64,000 bases of DNA, from assembly GCA_040767085.1 (NCBI GenBank), contig JAXGPF010000003.1:128001-192000 (forward strand). Direction: 5' to 3'. Source of the stretch: Kiritimatiellia bacterium (lineage in GTDB: Bacteria > Verrucomicrobiota > Kiritimatiellia > JAAZAB01). A program made the translations under genes and the position numbers. Shown here piece by piece: positions 9,321 to 19,700 of the stretch. The notes beneath the pieces were generated by a model. That model was given only the letters and a program-made list of their open reading frames with translations, had not been told where the DNA came from and ran no database searches. Positions within the stretch are counted from its first letter, which is position 1; the number at the start of each line of letters is the position of its first letter.

Positions 9321-9480
9321 CAGGGCTGCGTTATGCTCAGAACAGACGGCTCGGTACGGAGACCTCGCCCTACCGTTTCATAAGCATTTGTCGTGGGTAG
9401 GGCGAGACCCCGCTTGAAGCGGGGTAAACCGCCGGTCCCGCTTGGCGCGGGAGCGAGCCGCCGAGAATGACGCAGCCGTG
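9321..9480. mobile_element. MITE with CAGGGCTGCG-type ends, family copy 1, carrying a GTAG REP pair
   Basis: cagggctgcgttatgctc / gagaatgacgcagccgtg; flanks gccaacacct / cccaacgcct (8 of 10 match). Confidence 0.75.
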
Positions 9481-9635
9481 CCCAACGCCTGCAACGTCGG
9501 TATTTTAAGCTTGCATGGCCGGGCATTTGTGCTAATAATTCATACAGTGGATGCAGAATTTGGAGGGGGCAGCCAAATAGGCCTATATTCTGAATTCTTT
9601 CACAACGAGAGTTTTGAAATCTGTTCCGGCGTAAA

Positions 9636-9686
9636 ACCTTAACACTCTAACACCTTAAAACTTTAAAACACCTTAAAACTTTGAAA
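9636..9686. repeat. AT-rich short tandem repeat (CCTTAAAACTTTAAAACA-type)
   Basis: caccttaaaacttt occurs twice; a related array lies at 42473-42541. Confidence 0.55.
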
Positions 9687-9719
9687 ATGTTCGAATTTTT
9701 TGCCAAATTCTGCCATTGC

Positions 9720-10013
9720 ATGAGAACTGCCGCCGCGGCGGTAAAAAGCGTTCCGGCAGCCGGCGTTGCCCGACGCGCGCAAGCCGGCAAAAACCGCCCC
9801 GGTGAAGCCCTGCTGTACAGCGAGCGCCTGCAGATTGAGCGCAAGCAATTTTACTTCGAATTGAAGGAAAACGCCAGCGGCCAGTTCCTGCGGATGACCG
9901 AAGATGTCGGCGGCCGGCGCGACACGATCATTGTGCCCGCCACGGGTTTGACGGAGTTCCGCGAGGCAGTCGCGCGGGCCGATGCCGCCCTCGGCCACGG
10001 CGACGCGCCTTGA
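9720..10013 (+). CDS. PUR-repeat (PurA/DUF3276-like) nucleic-acid-binding protein
   Basis: LYSERLQIERKQFYFELKENASGQFLRMTEDVGGRRDTIIVP matches the PUR-repeat pattern; start uncertain. Confidence 0.8.
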   Translation: MRTAAAAVKSVPAAGVARRAQAGKNRPGEALLYSERLQIERKQFYFELKENASGQFLRMTEDVGGRRDTIIVPATGLTEFREAVARADAALGHGDAP

Positions 10014-10065
10014 CCGACCTTAAAGCATCGCCGGCAGCCAGGGCGGCGGGCCGCCGCCCGCCGCA

Positions 10066-11748
10066 TCAGGGCAAGGGAAATTCCGCCGTCATGTCCAGCA
10101 CCTCGCTCCGGATGCTTTGCAGGAGCTGGGCATTCTTGTGATCGCGCACCACTGCGCCGATCCACGCGGCGATCCGGCGCATTTCAGGCTCTTTCATGCC
10201 GCGCGTGGTGACGGCCGGGGAGCCGACCCGGATGCCGGAAGTGACAAAGGGCGTTTTGGTGTCGAACGGGATCATATTCTTGTTCACGGTAATGCAGGCC
10301 GCGTCCAAGGCGGTGGCGATATCCTTGCCGCTTACCCCGGCGGGCGTCAGGTCCACCAGCATCAGGTGGTTATCCGTGCCCCCGGAAACAATCCGCAGTC
10401 CTTCAGCTTTCAGGCCTTCCGCCAGGGTCTGGGCATTGCGCACGACCTGTTCCTGGTAGGTCTTGAATTCCGACTGCAACGCCTGGTGGAAACAGACGGC
10501 CTTGGCGGCGATGATATGCATCAAGGGGCCGCCCTGCATGCCCGGGAAGATCTGCCGGTCAATATCCTGCGCAAATTGTTCGCGGCACATGATGATGCCG
10601 GCGCGCGGGCCGCGCAGGGTTTTATGCGTGGTGGAGGTGACAAAATGAGCGTGCGGCACCGGGTTGGGATGGTAGCCGGCCGCCACCAGTCCGGCGATGT
10701 GGGCCATGTCGACCATCAAATACGCCGAAACGCTGTCGGCAATCTGGCGGAACCGCTTGAAATCCAGGATGCGGGAATAGGCGCTGGCGCCCGCGACGAC
10801 GAGCTTGGGCTTGTACGCCTCGGCCAACCGGGCCAATTCGTCATAATCAATCTGCTCGGTCTCGCGGTTGACGCCGTAATGCATGACATTGTAATACTTG
10901 CCGGAAAAATTCACTTTCATCCCGTGGGTCAGATGCCCGCCATGCGCCGGATCCATGGCCAGCATGCGGTCGCCGGGCTTCAGCACCGCCAGGTAAACCG
11001 CCAGGTTGGCGGAGCTGCCGCAATGGGGTTGCACGTTGACGTGTTCGGCGCCGAACAATTCCCGGGCCCGGTCAATCGCCAGTCTTTCGGCATCGTCCAC
11101 GTAAGCGCACCCGTTATACCAGCGCTTGCCCGGGTAGCCCTCGGCGTATTTATTGGTCAAGAGCGAGCCGGCGGCCTCGCGCACGGCGCGGCTGACGTAA
11201 TTTTCCGAAGCGATCAGCTCCAGGTTTTCGCGCTGGCGCCGCGCCTCGTTGCGCAAGGCGGCGTAAATTTCCGGGTCCGTCTCGCCGATTTCCACCGGGT
11301 CAACCATGTTGCAGGTGTAAGCGTGGATTTTGTTCACCCGCCGCTGGTGCCGCTCGCTTTTGTCGAAATCCTCGTCCAGCCAGGCGGTCAGCACCGCGCG
11401 GGCCTCCTCGATGCTAATCAATTCGCCGCCCAACACCAGCACGTTGGCGTTGTTGTGCGCGCGGGCCATCTTGGCCATGCGCGGCGTCAGGCACAGCGCC
11501 GCGCGCACGCGCGGAAACTTGTTGGCGGTAATGCTCATGCCGATGCCGGTGGTGCAGATCAGCAAGCCCTGGTCCACCGCGCCCTGCGAAACCCGGTCCG
11601 CCACCAGCGCGGCGTAATCCGGGTAATCCACCGACGTCCGGTTGAAACAGCCCAGGTCTTCCGTCTGCATGCCGCGGGCCGCCAGCGATTCCAGCAGCGC
11701 CGTTTTCATTTCAAATCCGCCATGATCGCAACCTACCGCTATTTTCAT
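10066..11748 (-). CDS. rpiB-glyA: Fused ribose-5-phosphate isomerase B / serine hydroxymethyltransferase
   Basis: [22 protein letters not shown], then [29 protein letters not shown] in one open frame. Confidence 0.93.
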   Translation of the reverse strand: MKIAVGCDHGGFEMKTALLESLAARGMQTEDLGCFNRTSVDYPDYAALVADRVSQGAVDQGLLICTTGIGMSITANKFPRVRAALCLTPRMAKMARAHNNANVLVLGGELISIEEARAVLTAWLDEDFDKSERHQRRVNKIHAYTCNMVDPVEIGETDPEIYAALRNEARRQRENLELIASENYVSRAVREAAGSLLTNKYAEGYPGKRWYNGCAYVDDAERLAIDRARELFGAEHVNVQPHCGSSANLAVYLAVLKPGDRMLAMDPAHGGHLTHGMKVNFSGKYYNVMHYGVNRETEQIDYDELARLAEAYKPKLVVAGASAYSRILDFKRFRQIADSVSAYLMVDMAHIAGLVAAGYHPNPVPHAHFVTSTTHKTLRGPRAGIIMCREQFAQDIDRQIFPGMQGGPLMHIIAAKAVCFHQALQSEFKTYQEQVVRNAQTLAEGLKAEGLRIVSGGTDNHLMLVDLTPAGVSGKDIATALDAACITVNKNMIPFDTKTPFVTSGIRVGSPAVTTRGMKEPEMRRIAAWIGAVVRDHKNAQLLQSIRSEVLDMTAEFPLP

Positions 11749-12227
11749 TTGGACCCCTTTTGTAGAAATAAAATCATATCCAGCAAGGCGGCGTCAATCT
11801 CGTCCCGGATTTCCCGGTAAACGGCCGCCGAACATCCGATCGGGTCGGCAATATCGCGGCCCGCGGCCGCCTTCCGCCCGAAACCGGCAAGCAGCCGCGC
11901 TTTACCGCCGGCGGCGGGAAACCACATCCGGATTTCCCGGATGTGCCCGTCCGTCATGGCCGCAATCAACTCCGCCCCGTCTGCCAGTTCCTGTGTCAGA
12001 AGCCGGCTGCGGTGCGGGGTCAAATCAATGCCTTTTTCCCGTAAAACTTCGATCGCCGCCGGGCTGGCCATCAGGCCCGGCACGGCATGCAATCCCGCGG
12101 AACTGACGGTATAATCCGCGCTGCCGCGCAGGTAATGGCGCAAAAGGTATTCCGCCATGGGGCTGCGGCAGACATTGCCGGTACAGACAAAAACGATACG
12201 CTTGGGTTCCTTCCCCCTCAAAATCAC
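11745..12227 (-). CDS. Low-molecular-weight protein tyrosine/arginine phosphatase
   Basis: [14 protein letters not shown] and DIADPIG; ATGA overlap with rpiB-glyA. Confidence 0.9.
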   Translation of the reverse strand: MILRGKEPKRIVFVCTGNVCRSPMAEYLLRHYLRGSADYTVSSAGLHAVPGLMASPAAIEVLREKGIDLTPHRSRLLTQELADGAELIAAMTDGHIREIRMWFPAAGGKARLLAGFGRKAAAGRDIADPIGCSAAVYREIRDEIDAALLDMILFLQKGSK

Positions 12228-12230
12228 CTC

Positions 12231-13091
12231 TTATTGAACGGTGTTAACCTGCCGTCCCAGTTTTTCCACCGTCACTTCCACGGTGTCGCCGGGATGCAGG
12301 GTCAGCGGCGGCCGGTGCGCCGAACCGATGCCCGCCGGTGTGCCGGTGGCAATGACATCCCCCGGCAGCAAGGTGATCGTAGCGCTGATATAAGCTATCA
12401 GAAAGGGAATTTTGAAAATCATGTCCGCGGTGTTGGCGTTTTGCAGCACCACGCCGTTAATCCTGGATTCCAGCCGCAGGTTGCCCGGATCCCCGACCTC
12501 GTCCGGCGTCACCAGCCACGGCCCCATGGGGCAAAACGTGTCTGGACTTTTACCGCGGAACCATTGTCCATCCGCGCGCTGCGCGACGCGGTCGGTCACA
12601 TCATTCAAAACCATGTAGCCGGCAACGTATTCCAGCGCGCGCTCTTCCGCCACCCGGCTGGCCGGTCGGCCGATCACCACGGCCAATTCCGCTTCCAAAT
12701 CCACCACCTTGGCGCCGGGCGGCAGGCAAATCGGATCGCACGGCCCGGTCGCGGCAGTGGCGGCCTTGTCGAACAAAATGGGCAACCGGGGGACCTCGGC
12801 GTCGAATTCCCGGGCATGGTCGGCGTAATTCTTGCCCAGGCAGATGATTTTACCAGGGCGCGCCACCGGGGGGCCCAGGCGGACGCCGGCGGCCGGCACG
12901 AGCTTGCGGCCGCTTTCCGACAGCAGCCCCGGCAGCCGGGCCATGCCGAAACGGCGGAAGAAATCCTCGTTGTAATCTTCCAGGTCGTAGGCCATGCCGC
13001 GCACGTCCAAAATCATCGGCGCGGCGCCGGATTCCTCCACCAGGACCCCCGGCCTTTCACGGCCGGGCTCTCCAAAACGCACGAGTTTCAT
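12231..13091 (-). CDS. Fumarylacetoacetate hydrolase family protein
   Basis: KIICLGKNYADHA, DLEAELAVVIG, NDVTDR, PGDVIATGTPAG. Confidence 0.9.
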   Translation of the reverse strand: MKLVRFGEPGRERPGVLVEESGAAPMILDVRGMAYDLEDYNEDFFRRFGMARLPGLLSESGRKLVPAAGVRLGPPVARPGKIICLGKNYADHAREFDAEVPRLPILFDKAATAATGPCDPICLPPGAKVVDLEAELAVVIGRPASRVAEERALEYVAGYMVLNDVTDRVAQRADGQWFRGKSPDTFCPMGPWLVTPDEVGDPGNLRLESRINGVVLQNANTADMIFKIPFLIAYISATITLLPGDVIATGTPAGIGSAHRPPLTLHPGDTVEVTVEKLGRQVNTVQ

Positions 13092-13156
13092 TATTCACCA
13101 AACGCTTTCATGGCAAATGGAAGCGGTATTATCATTAATCCAGCCAAAAACACAAG

Positions 13157-15043
13157 CTAATCCGGAACTATATGCGCCGCCAGCGGACGCTCTTCCACAC
13201 GCCACTCGGTCAAAACCAGATTTTGCCGATACGCAACCGCGCACAGGCGCCGCAAAACATCCGGCTTCAGCCCGGCCACCACCACCACCTCCTTGACGCC
13301 ATGCCGCTTGGCCAGCCCCTCCAACCGATCAATCCCGCCGCGCACCGGATAACCGTACACCCAGCGTCCATGCAGGTTGGTGTCGTCGTCCAAAATCCCC
13401 ACAATCCGGCGGCAGTCGCCCGCGCCGGGATACCGGGCGCTGCGCTGCCGCAGAAAAAGCATCCCGCGCACCCCCGCCCCGTACACCAGGGTATTATGGC
13501 AATCCCGGTAAATCGCCAGGGACGGATGCCGGGCGCTTAAGGCCATGATATCCTGCAGGGTGCGCGAAACTATGCGCACGCCTGCCACCAGGGGCAGCCC
13601 CATGCCAAAATACAGCAGCGCCTGCAGGATTAAAGCGCGGTCCAGCAGATCGCCGCGCAGCACAGTAATTGCCACGCTGGCCAGGACGCCCATGAACATG
13701 GCGGCGCCCAGCAGCAGGATTTCCCCGATCCGCGCCCGGCTCCACACCCGCTGGTAGGTCCGCGCGAGAAACATGGCGATGAACGACACCCCCACCCAGA
13801 TCGGCGCCGCATGCAGCCAGGCGTATTTGAAGGTGGTCGGCGGAGTCTCCGGCCAGGTCAGCCAGAGCGCCGCCGCCAGGCAGCCCGCCAGGATCGCCGC
13901 GTCAAGCACCGGATACAGGATCACCGCCGCCACCTTGCCCGGGGGGCGGCGCAAGCCGTACAGCAAGGCCGATCCGCTGTCCCACAATTCCACCCGCGCC
14001 AGATGCCGCACCACCACGTAAGCCCCGGCGACAAACGCCGCCAGGTAGATGCCCACCGCGTGGGCCTGGTAAACCAATCCCAGCAAAGCCACGCCCACCA
14101 GGAAAGTCCCCAGGACATACAATACCGTCGCCACCCGCCGCTGCGACATCCCGGACTTGGACAGCCGGTGGTGCAGGTGTTCCATGTCCGCCTGCATGAT
14201 CGCCGCCTTGCCGCCGCCGGCCAGCAATCCCCGCACAAACCGCCGCCAGATCGCCAGCAGGGTGTCGAAAAGCGGCACGCCCACCGCCAGCAATGGCACG
14301 CCGATCGAGGCCATGGCGGCGCCCTTGGAACTGCTGCTGAGCGCGATCACCGCCAGGCTGAATCCCAGGAACATACTGCCGGAGTCGCCCAGAAATATGC
14401 TGGCCGGGTGAAAGTTATAACGCAAAAAACCCGCGCAGGCGCCCATCAGCCCCAGCAGCACCAGCACATCCGCCGGCATGTGCCGCAACAGCAACCCGCC
14501 GGCCATGCCCAGCGCGGCGATCAATGCCAGCCCCGCCGCTAAGCCGTCCATGCCGTCAATCAGGTTAAAGGCATTGGTGATGGCCAGAATCCAGAAAACC
14601 GTCATCGCCAAATCCAGCGCCGCCGGCAAGGGCACCCCCAGGGCAATGCCAAACCGCATGTTGCAGAAATACGCCAACACCGCGGCGGCAACCTGCCCCG
14701 CCAGCTTGATCCAGGGCCGGATGCCGCGCACATCGTCCAGCACTCCCACCCCGGTAATCCAAGAAGACAGCGCGAGAAATTTCAGCCACCAGGCCAGGTC
14801 CAGGTTGCCGGTGAATTCTTTCCAGGCCGGCAAAAACACCACCGCCGCCGCCGCATGGAACCCGGCAAAAACCGCCAGGCCGCCCAGGCGCGGCACCGGG
14901 CGGGTATGCACCCGGCGTTGATCGGGCAAGTCCACCAATCCCCGTGCCAGCGCCAGCCGGCGCACCAGCGGGGTCAACACCAGGGTTACCAGGGCCGCTG
15001 TGCTAAACGCCGCCAGATATTTTAGAATAAAATCGTAACTCAT
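13157..15043 (-). CDS. WecA/TagO-type polyprenyl-phosphate HexNAc-1-P transferase with extra TM and Rossmann-like C-terminal region
   Basis: PRLGG, GVLDD, NAFNLIDGMDGL, IFLGDSG, HLHHRL; C-terminal TLVYGAG...VGILDDD...G.PV.G. Confidence 0.85.
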   Translation of the reverse strand: MSYDFILKYLAAFSTAALVTLVLTPLVRRLALARGLVDLPDQRRVHTRPVPRLGGLAVFAGFHAAAAVVFLPAWKEFTGNLDLAWWLKFLALSSWITGVGVLDDVRGIRPWIKLAGQVAAAVLAYFCNMRFGIALGVPLPAALDLAMTVFWILAITNAFNLIDGMDGLAAGLALIAALGMAGGLLLRHMPADVLVLLGLMGACAGFLRYNFHPASIFLGDSGSMFLGFSLAVIALSSSSKGAAMASIGVPLLAVGVPLFDTLLAIWRRFVRGLLAGGGKAAIMQADMEHLHHRLSKSGMSQRRVATVLYVLGTFLVGVALLGLVYQAHAVGIYLAAFVAGAYVVVRHLARVELWDSGSALLYGLRRPPGKVAAVILYPVLDAAILAGCLAAALWLTWPETPPTTFKYAWLHAAPIWVGVSFIAMFLARTYQRVWSRARIGEILLLGAAMFMGVLASVAITVLRGDLLDRALILQALLYFGMGLPLVAGVRIVSRTLQDIMALSARHPSLAIYRDCHNTLVYGAGVRGMLFLRQRSARYPGAGDCRRIVGILDDDTNLHGRWVYGYPVRGGIDRLEGLAKRHGVKEVVVVAGLKPDVLRRLCAVAYRQNLVLTEWRVEERPLAAHIVPD

Positions 15044-15241
15044 TGAGGTATCCACAGAAAAACATATCCTTATTCTGCCGTAACTGCCGTAAAAAACAAG
15101 CAAATCCGGTGAAAATCCAGGCTGCATGCGCTACTGCGTGTCCCGCCGTAGTCCGACGGAGCGGGAATCCTGAACCGGCGATGAGATCAAAATGACGTAA
15201 CCCTGGCGGGGCACCGCGCAAGAACCGCCACACCCGGCAAC

Positions 15242-16696
15242 TCAGCCCAGCAGAATCTCCACCTGCTGGCCCCCCCGGGCATCCGCCGGCAGCCAGGGCT
15301 GGCCGCCAGTCCGGCCATTAATGCTGAATCGGACGATCCGGCCGCCATGGCCCGCGATGGAAATGCTGAGCGATGCTTGCCGATAGGCCAGTTGGGTGCA
15401 GTTTGCCGCGTCGAGTTCGGCCGGCAGCCAGGGATGAAAGCCTATGCCGTCAGGCTGAAAATCCATGCCCAGCAGCCCGCGCAATACCAGGCGGATGAAA
15501 CCGGTGGCGCACCAGGTCTGGCGCGGCTTGGAAGTATAGTTTACCTCCTGAACCCCGCCATAAATCTCGCCGGTCTCCGGGTGCAGCGTTTCCGCAAAAT
15601 GCCCGTCGCGCTCGGCATGTTGCGCCATCAACATGAATTCGCGCCAGAACAAATCCGGCCGGCCATTGCGCAAAGCGGCCTCGGCCCAGAAAACCTGCGC
15701 ATGCGGCCAGACCGGGCCGGATCCCCGGCCGTACTGATTGATGCCATACTTGGGGTCGCGGTACCGCGGGAAAGTCGGCCAGAGATACGGCAGCCCCGCC
15801 GGCGCCAGGTACTGATTGGCCATGACTTGTTGTTTCTGGGCGGCATCGGCAATGTCAAACAGCATCGCAAATCCATGGCCCAAAGCTTCCTGGTGGTCGC
15901 AGTGGCCCGGACCGAGGGGAATGCCGGCAAGGTAACGGTAATATTTTTTGTCATCCATCCAGAAATGCCGGTTGATGGCGGCTTTCAACGCTGCCGCCCG
16001 GGCCGGCCAATCCGGCGCCGGATTTACACCAAGCGGGCGGGCCATGTCCGTCAGGAGGCGGTAAGCCTGGTAATAAAGGCAATTGGTGGACAGGGCCTTG
16101 AAGGGAATCCCATCGCTGCCTGCTCCCTGCTGCTCGGGGGTGAACAGGCGTTTGCAGCCGCGGGCGCCGGCATAATCGCTCCGATCATGAATCGGATAGG
16201 CCAGTTCGTCCGGGTAAGCGGAGATGCAATCCATGCAGCAAGCCAGGCCGCGGAACAGCCCGTCGGCGGGATCGAATTCGGTTTCTTCGAAATACCCCAT
16301 GGTATTGCGCGCGGCATCGTAAGCCAATGCGAGAAATTCGCGATCGCCGGTGTAAAGGTAATGCTGCCAGAAGCCGATGACGGAAATAATGGCATCCCAG
16401 TAATGATCGCTCTTGTAGCCTACGCACCGGCCGATGGGCGTTGCTTCGATATTGGCCAGCAAGGTGTTCCGGGCGGCTTCCGGCGCCAGCAGGGACGCCC
16501 CGTTCCAGACGTTGAACGCCGCGTCGCGAATCCATGGTTCGATATAATGGATGCCGGCATAAATCACCGGGGCGGCTTCAGTCAACAAACCTTTCCGGAT
16601 AGGATGGATGTTGCCAAGCAAGTCGCCAACGGCCGTGCGGAAGGCCTTGTCAACTGTGCGGCTGCCGGTTTGCAGGAAAGGAAGGTTGATACGCAT
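15242..16696 (-). CDS. (alpha/alpha)6-barrel glycoside hydrolase, family undetermined
   Basis: WIRDAAFN, WQHYLYTGDREFL, ALSTNCLYY, QTWCATG; no signal peptide. Confidence 0.7.
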   Translation of the reverse strand: MRINLPFLQTGSRTVDKAFRTAVGDLLGNIHPIRKGLLTEAAPVIYAGIHYIEPWIRDAAFNVWNGASLLAPEAARNTLLANIEATPIGRCVGYKSDHYWDAIISVIGFWQHYLYTGDREFLALAYDAARNTMGYFEETEFDPADGLFRGLACCMDCISAYPDELAYPIHDRSDYAGARGCKRLFTPEQQGAGSDGIPFKALSTNCLYYQAYRLLTDMARPLGVNPAPDWPARAAALKAAINRHFWMDDKKYYRYLAGIPLGPGHCDHQEALGHGFAMLFDIADAAQKQQVMANQYLAPAGLPYLWPTFPRYRDPKYGINQYGRGSGPVWPHAQVFWAEAALRNGRPDLFWREFMLMAQHAERDGHFAETLHPETGEIYGGVQEVNYTSKPRQTWCATGFIRLVLRGLLGMDFQPDGIGFHPWLPAELDAANCTQLAYRQASLSISIAGHGGRIVRFSINGRTGGQPWLPADARGGQQVEILLG

Positions 16697-16728
16697 GGCG
16701 ATTGCCTTGTTTGAGCCGGACCGGCCGG

Positions 16729-19700
16729 TTACTTCTCGCCGGACGTGATCAGGGCCTCCGCGGGCGGCGCGGATGCCGCGCCCGTCAGAATGGACAGATC
16801 GCCGTTAAAGCGGCACAGCGCGCGGGTATGTTCGTCCAACTCCCATTCGCCGGCGCGCGGCGCGGGCGTGAAGGCGCCTTGATAGCGTTGCACATCCGAT
16901 ATGCGTAATTCATCCACTACCCCGTCCAGCGGGCCCAGCGCCAGATGGCTTGGCGCGCCCTTCGGCAAAACGCCGTCATGCCCGTTGGCAAACACGGTTT
17001 TGCGCACACTGCGCCCATTGCAAAAGATTTCCAGGTTCAGCAGGGATAGCGGTTCGCCATGCGGGCCGCGCGCCGGCCTTAAGCCCCAGACATACGCCAG
17101 GTGCACCCATTCTTCGCGTTCCATCAGCGTCTGCAACATCCAACAGCGCACCCAATACGGCTGACTGTTGGGCGTATCGGCGTAAATCCAGCCAAAGAGC
17201 GCATGCGACGCCGATATTGGCCCGCCCAGGATGGCGGTGCCGGCCGGGTCCACACGGTAGGTCAATCCCCAATCCAGGCCGCGGCCAGGCCCGGGCGACA
17301 GCCGCAGCAGGCACCGCTCCACGGCGCCCGTGCCCAGGTCGAATGTGCCCCACGCCGGCCGGAAGTAGAATTCGATCGTGCCGGCGCGTTGCGGCAGAAA
17401 CAGTCCGCCGTCGCCGCCGGGATGCGGCGGGCCGGCATCCAAAACCAGTTGTTCGTTGCCGCGCAGGACCGCCGCGCGATTGCCCGGCGCCGCTGCCAGC
17501 CGTCCTGGGGCAAAGCGCTCCCCCGCTGGCGCAAGGGCCGCGGCCGCGGACGGCGCCGACGGCAGCTCAGTCCGCCAGTCAATCGGCGGCTCGAAATAAA
17601 ATTCCGGCTCATGCATGGCGAAAAACGGCGGAAAGCCCTCCGCCCGGATCAAACGATTTTCCAGGGGCTCCAGCCGCCATAACCCCGGGCGATCGCCCGG
17701 CAATGACACCCAGCCCTGCGCGCCTTCCGCGCTGCCGAACAATTTTCCGGCCGGATCGTACAGGCGCCCCCGCCCTTCCAGGAAAATCCGGGCGCTTGCC
17801 GATTGCTGCGGCAGTTTGAAATACACATTCGCGGCCGGGACGATGTCCGGCAATTGCCAATATTCCGGCGCATACAACACCAGCGGCACGCGCTGGCGCG
17901 CCATGACAAACCAGCCGGTGAACTCGCGGCTGCCGGACCGGGGCGCATAACGCAAAGCATAGGCCCCGCCCGGCGCATCCCTGGGAATCCGGACCTGCGC
18001 GCGGGCAATTTCCCGCTCAGCGACCTGGTTCAAGTCCAAGCCCCAAGGCAATGCATGCCCCAAAGGCTGCACCGCGATGACGCCGCCAACCGTGCCAATC
18101 TGCTGGCCATCCCACGGCATTTGCACTTCCAGGTCAAGCTGCTGAAGATTTTCCTTCTGCGCCACGATGCGCGTCGGAAAGCCGTAATCCTGGAAGGCGA
18201 GCCAGGATGCGGGCCGCTGCCGCAAGGCGCCGGCGCGCGCCACCACGCTCATGGCGTACGGGAGCCCTTCAAAAAACGCCGCCACGGAGGAAGCGCCGCT
18301 GTCGCCGCTGTATGTGCCGGCCGCCGGGTTGTAGGCCGTCCCGGCGCGCCGGATGGCATATTCCATCGCCGCGGCCACGGACGGATCGCCCGTGGTCCGG
18401 TAGATATAGTCGCCGAGGTAGCCGAACGGATTCATGTAGCTCAGCGGCCAGGCAACGCCGGGCAGGCTGTCCCGCGCCCAGCTTAGGGATTCATGATAAA
18501 TCGGCGTGCCATAAATGCGCTCGGCCTCAATCAACCCGCGCACATCCACGCCCAGTTTGTAAGTGCTGCTTTTGTAGGGACGGTTGTCCTTGGTCAGGCT
18601 GACGGCGCTTTGCGGATCGTAAAAAGTTTGATACGTGGCATCCGCCAGCGCGCGCAATTCCGGGTCCCAGGTGAATCCGTAAGCCTGGGTCAGCACACGG
18701 AATACCATGAGCTTGCGCCAGGCATGCATCGCCGGCCGCCAGCCTTGTTTCAAGCCTGCGGCAAACTGTTCCAGCACATCGCCGGCGCGCCGGTACCCGG
18801 TCAACTGGTACATCCAGAGGAACTGGTTTAAATCCGTCGAGGAATCAATCTGAAAGGCCGTCTCCCCGCCCCAGAACAGCGGATACGACTCCAACTCGCC
18901 GCCATGCCGCAGGTAGACCCCGCGGACTTTCCCGGGCGCCTCCCAATGCGTCAGCCAGTTGTCCATGAAAGACCGGTTGATGCCGGCGGCAAACTCGCGG
19001 GCGGCGCGGCCGCCGGACCGCGCATAGACCAGCCAGGCTCCGGAACGCGTCCCGTAGGTGGAGCGGTAGCGCTTGCTGTAATTGGCCGGGCCGCTGTAGG
19101 TGGGGCCGGCGAAATAATTCACAAAGCCGTAATGACCCGGCGTCAGCGCCAGGTCCCCCCAGAACCGCAGACAGGCGTCAATAAGTTGCTCGGCGCGCGC
19201 GAAATTTTCCGGATCGCGGGGATGCAGCGGCCCCAGCGCGCCGGACCGGCAAATCCAGTCGGGCGCCGCTGCGGCGTAAACCGGCCGGGAATGCGCCGCC
19301 GCCAGCGCGGGCGCCAGCGCGGCGGCCCGGGGCGGCGGCAAGGGCGCGAACAGCAACTCGTGGGTCTTCGCCCATCCCGCCGCATTGCCGGGCGCCGCCT
19401 GCAATGCCAGCGCTTTTTTTGCGTCTAAATGCCATTTCTTTGCCAGGGTGGCCGGCCGGAAGTCCAACTCGTCCCCCGCGCGATGGCTGAACAATTTCAG
19501 CGAAAAACGGCCGGCACTGATTTCAAATTCCTTGGGATGCTGCCGGGCGACCTCCCGGCACACCGCCAGCCAGCCGCCGCGCGCGCCATGCAACATGGCC
19601 CAATCGCCGCATTCCTCGCCCTGGTGCAGCACCCGGTTGCCGGCCGCGATGGAAAAATGGTTGGTGCCGGCGCCCAGTTGAAAATGGGCATCCTGCAACA

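Noticed and set aside
10117-11820. Long antisense ORFs (also 31843-33651, 44416-45954, 15347-16714, 53574-54932, 58540-59643)
   Set aside because: Shadow frames expected opposite GC-rich genes; the other strand carries clear family motifs.
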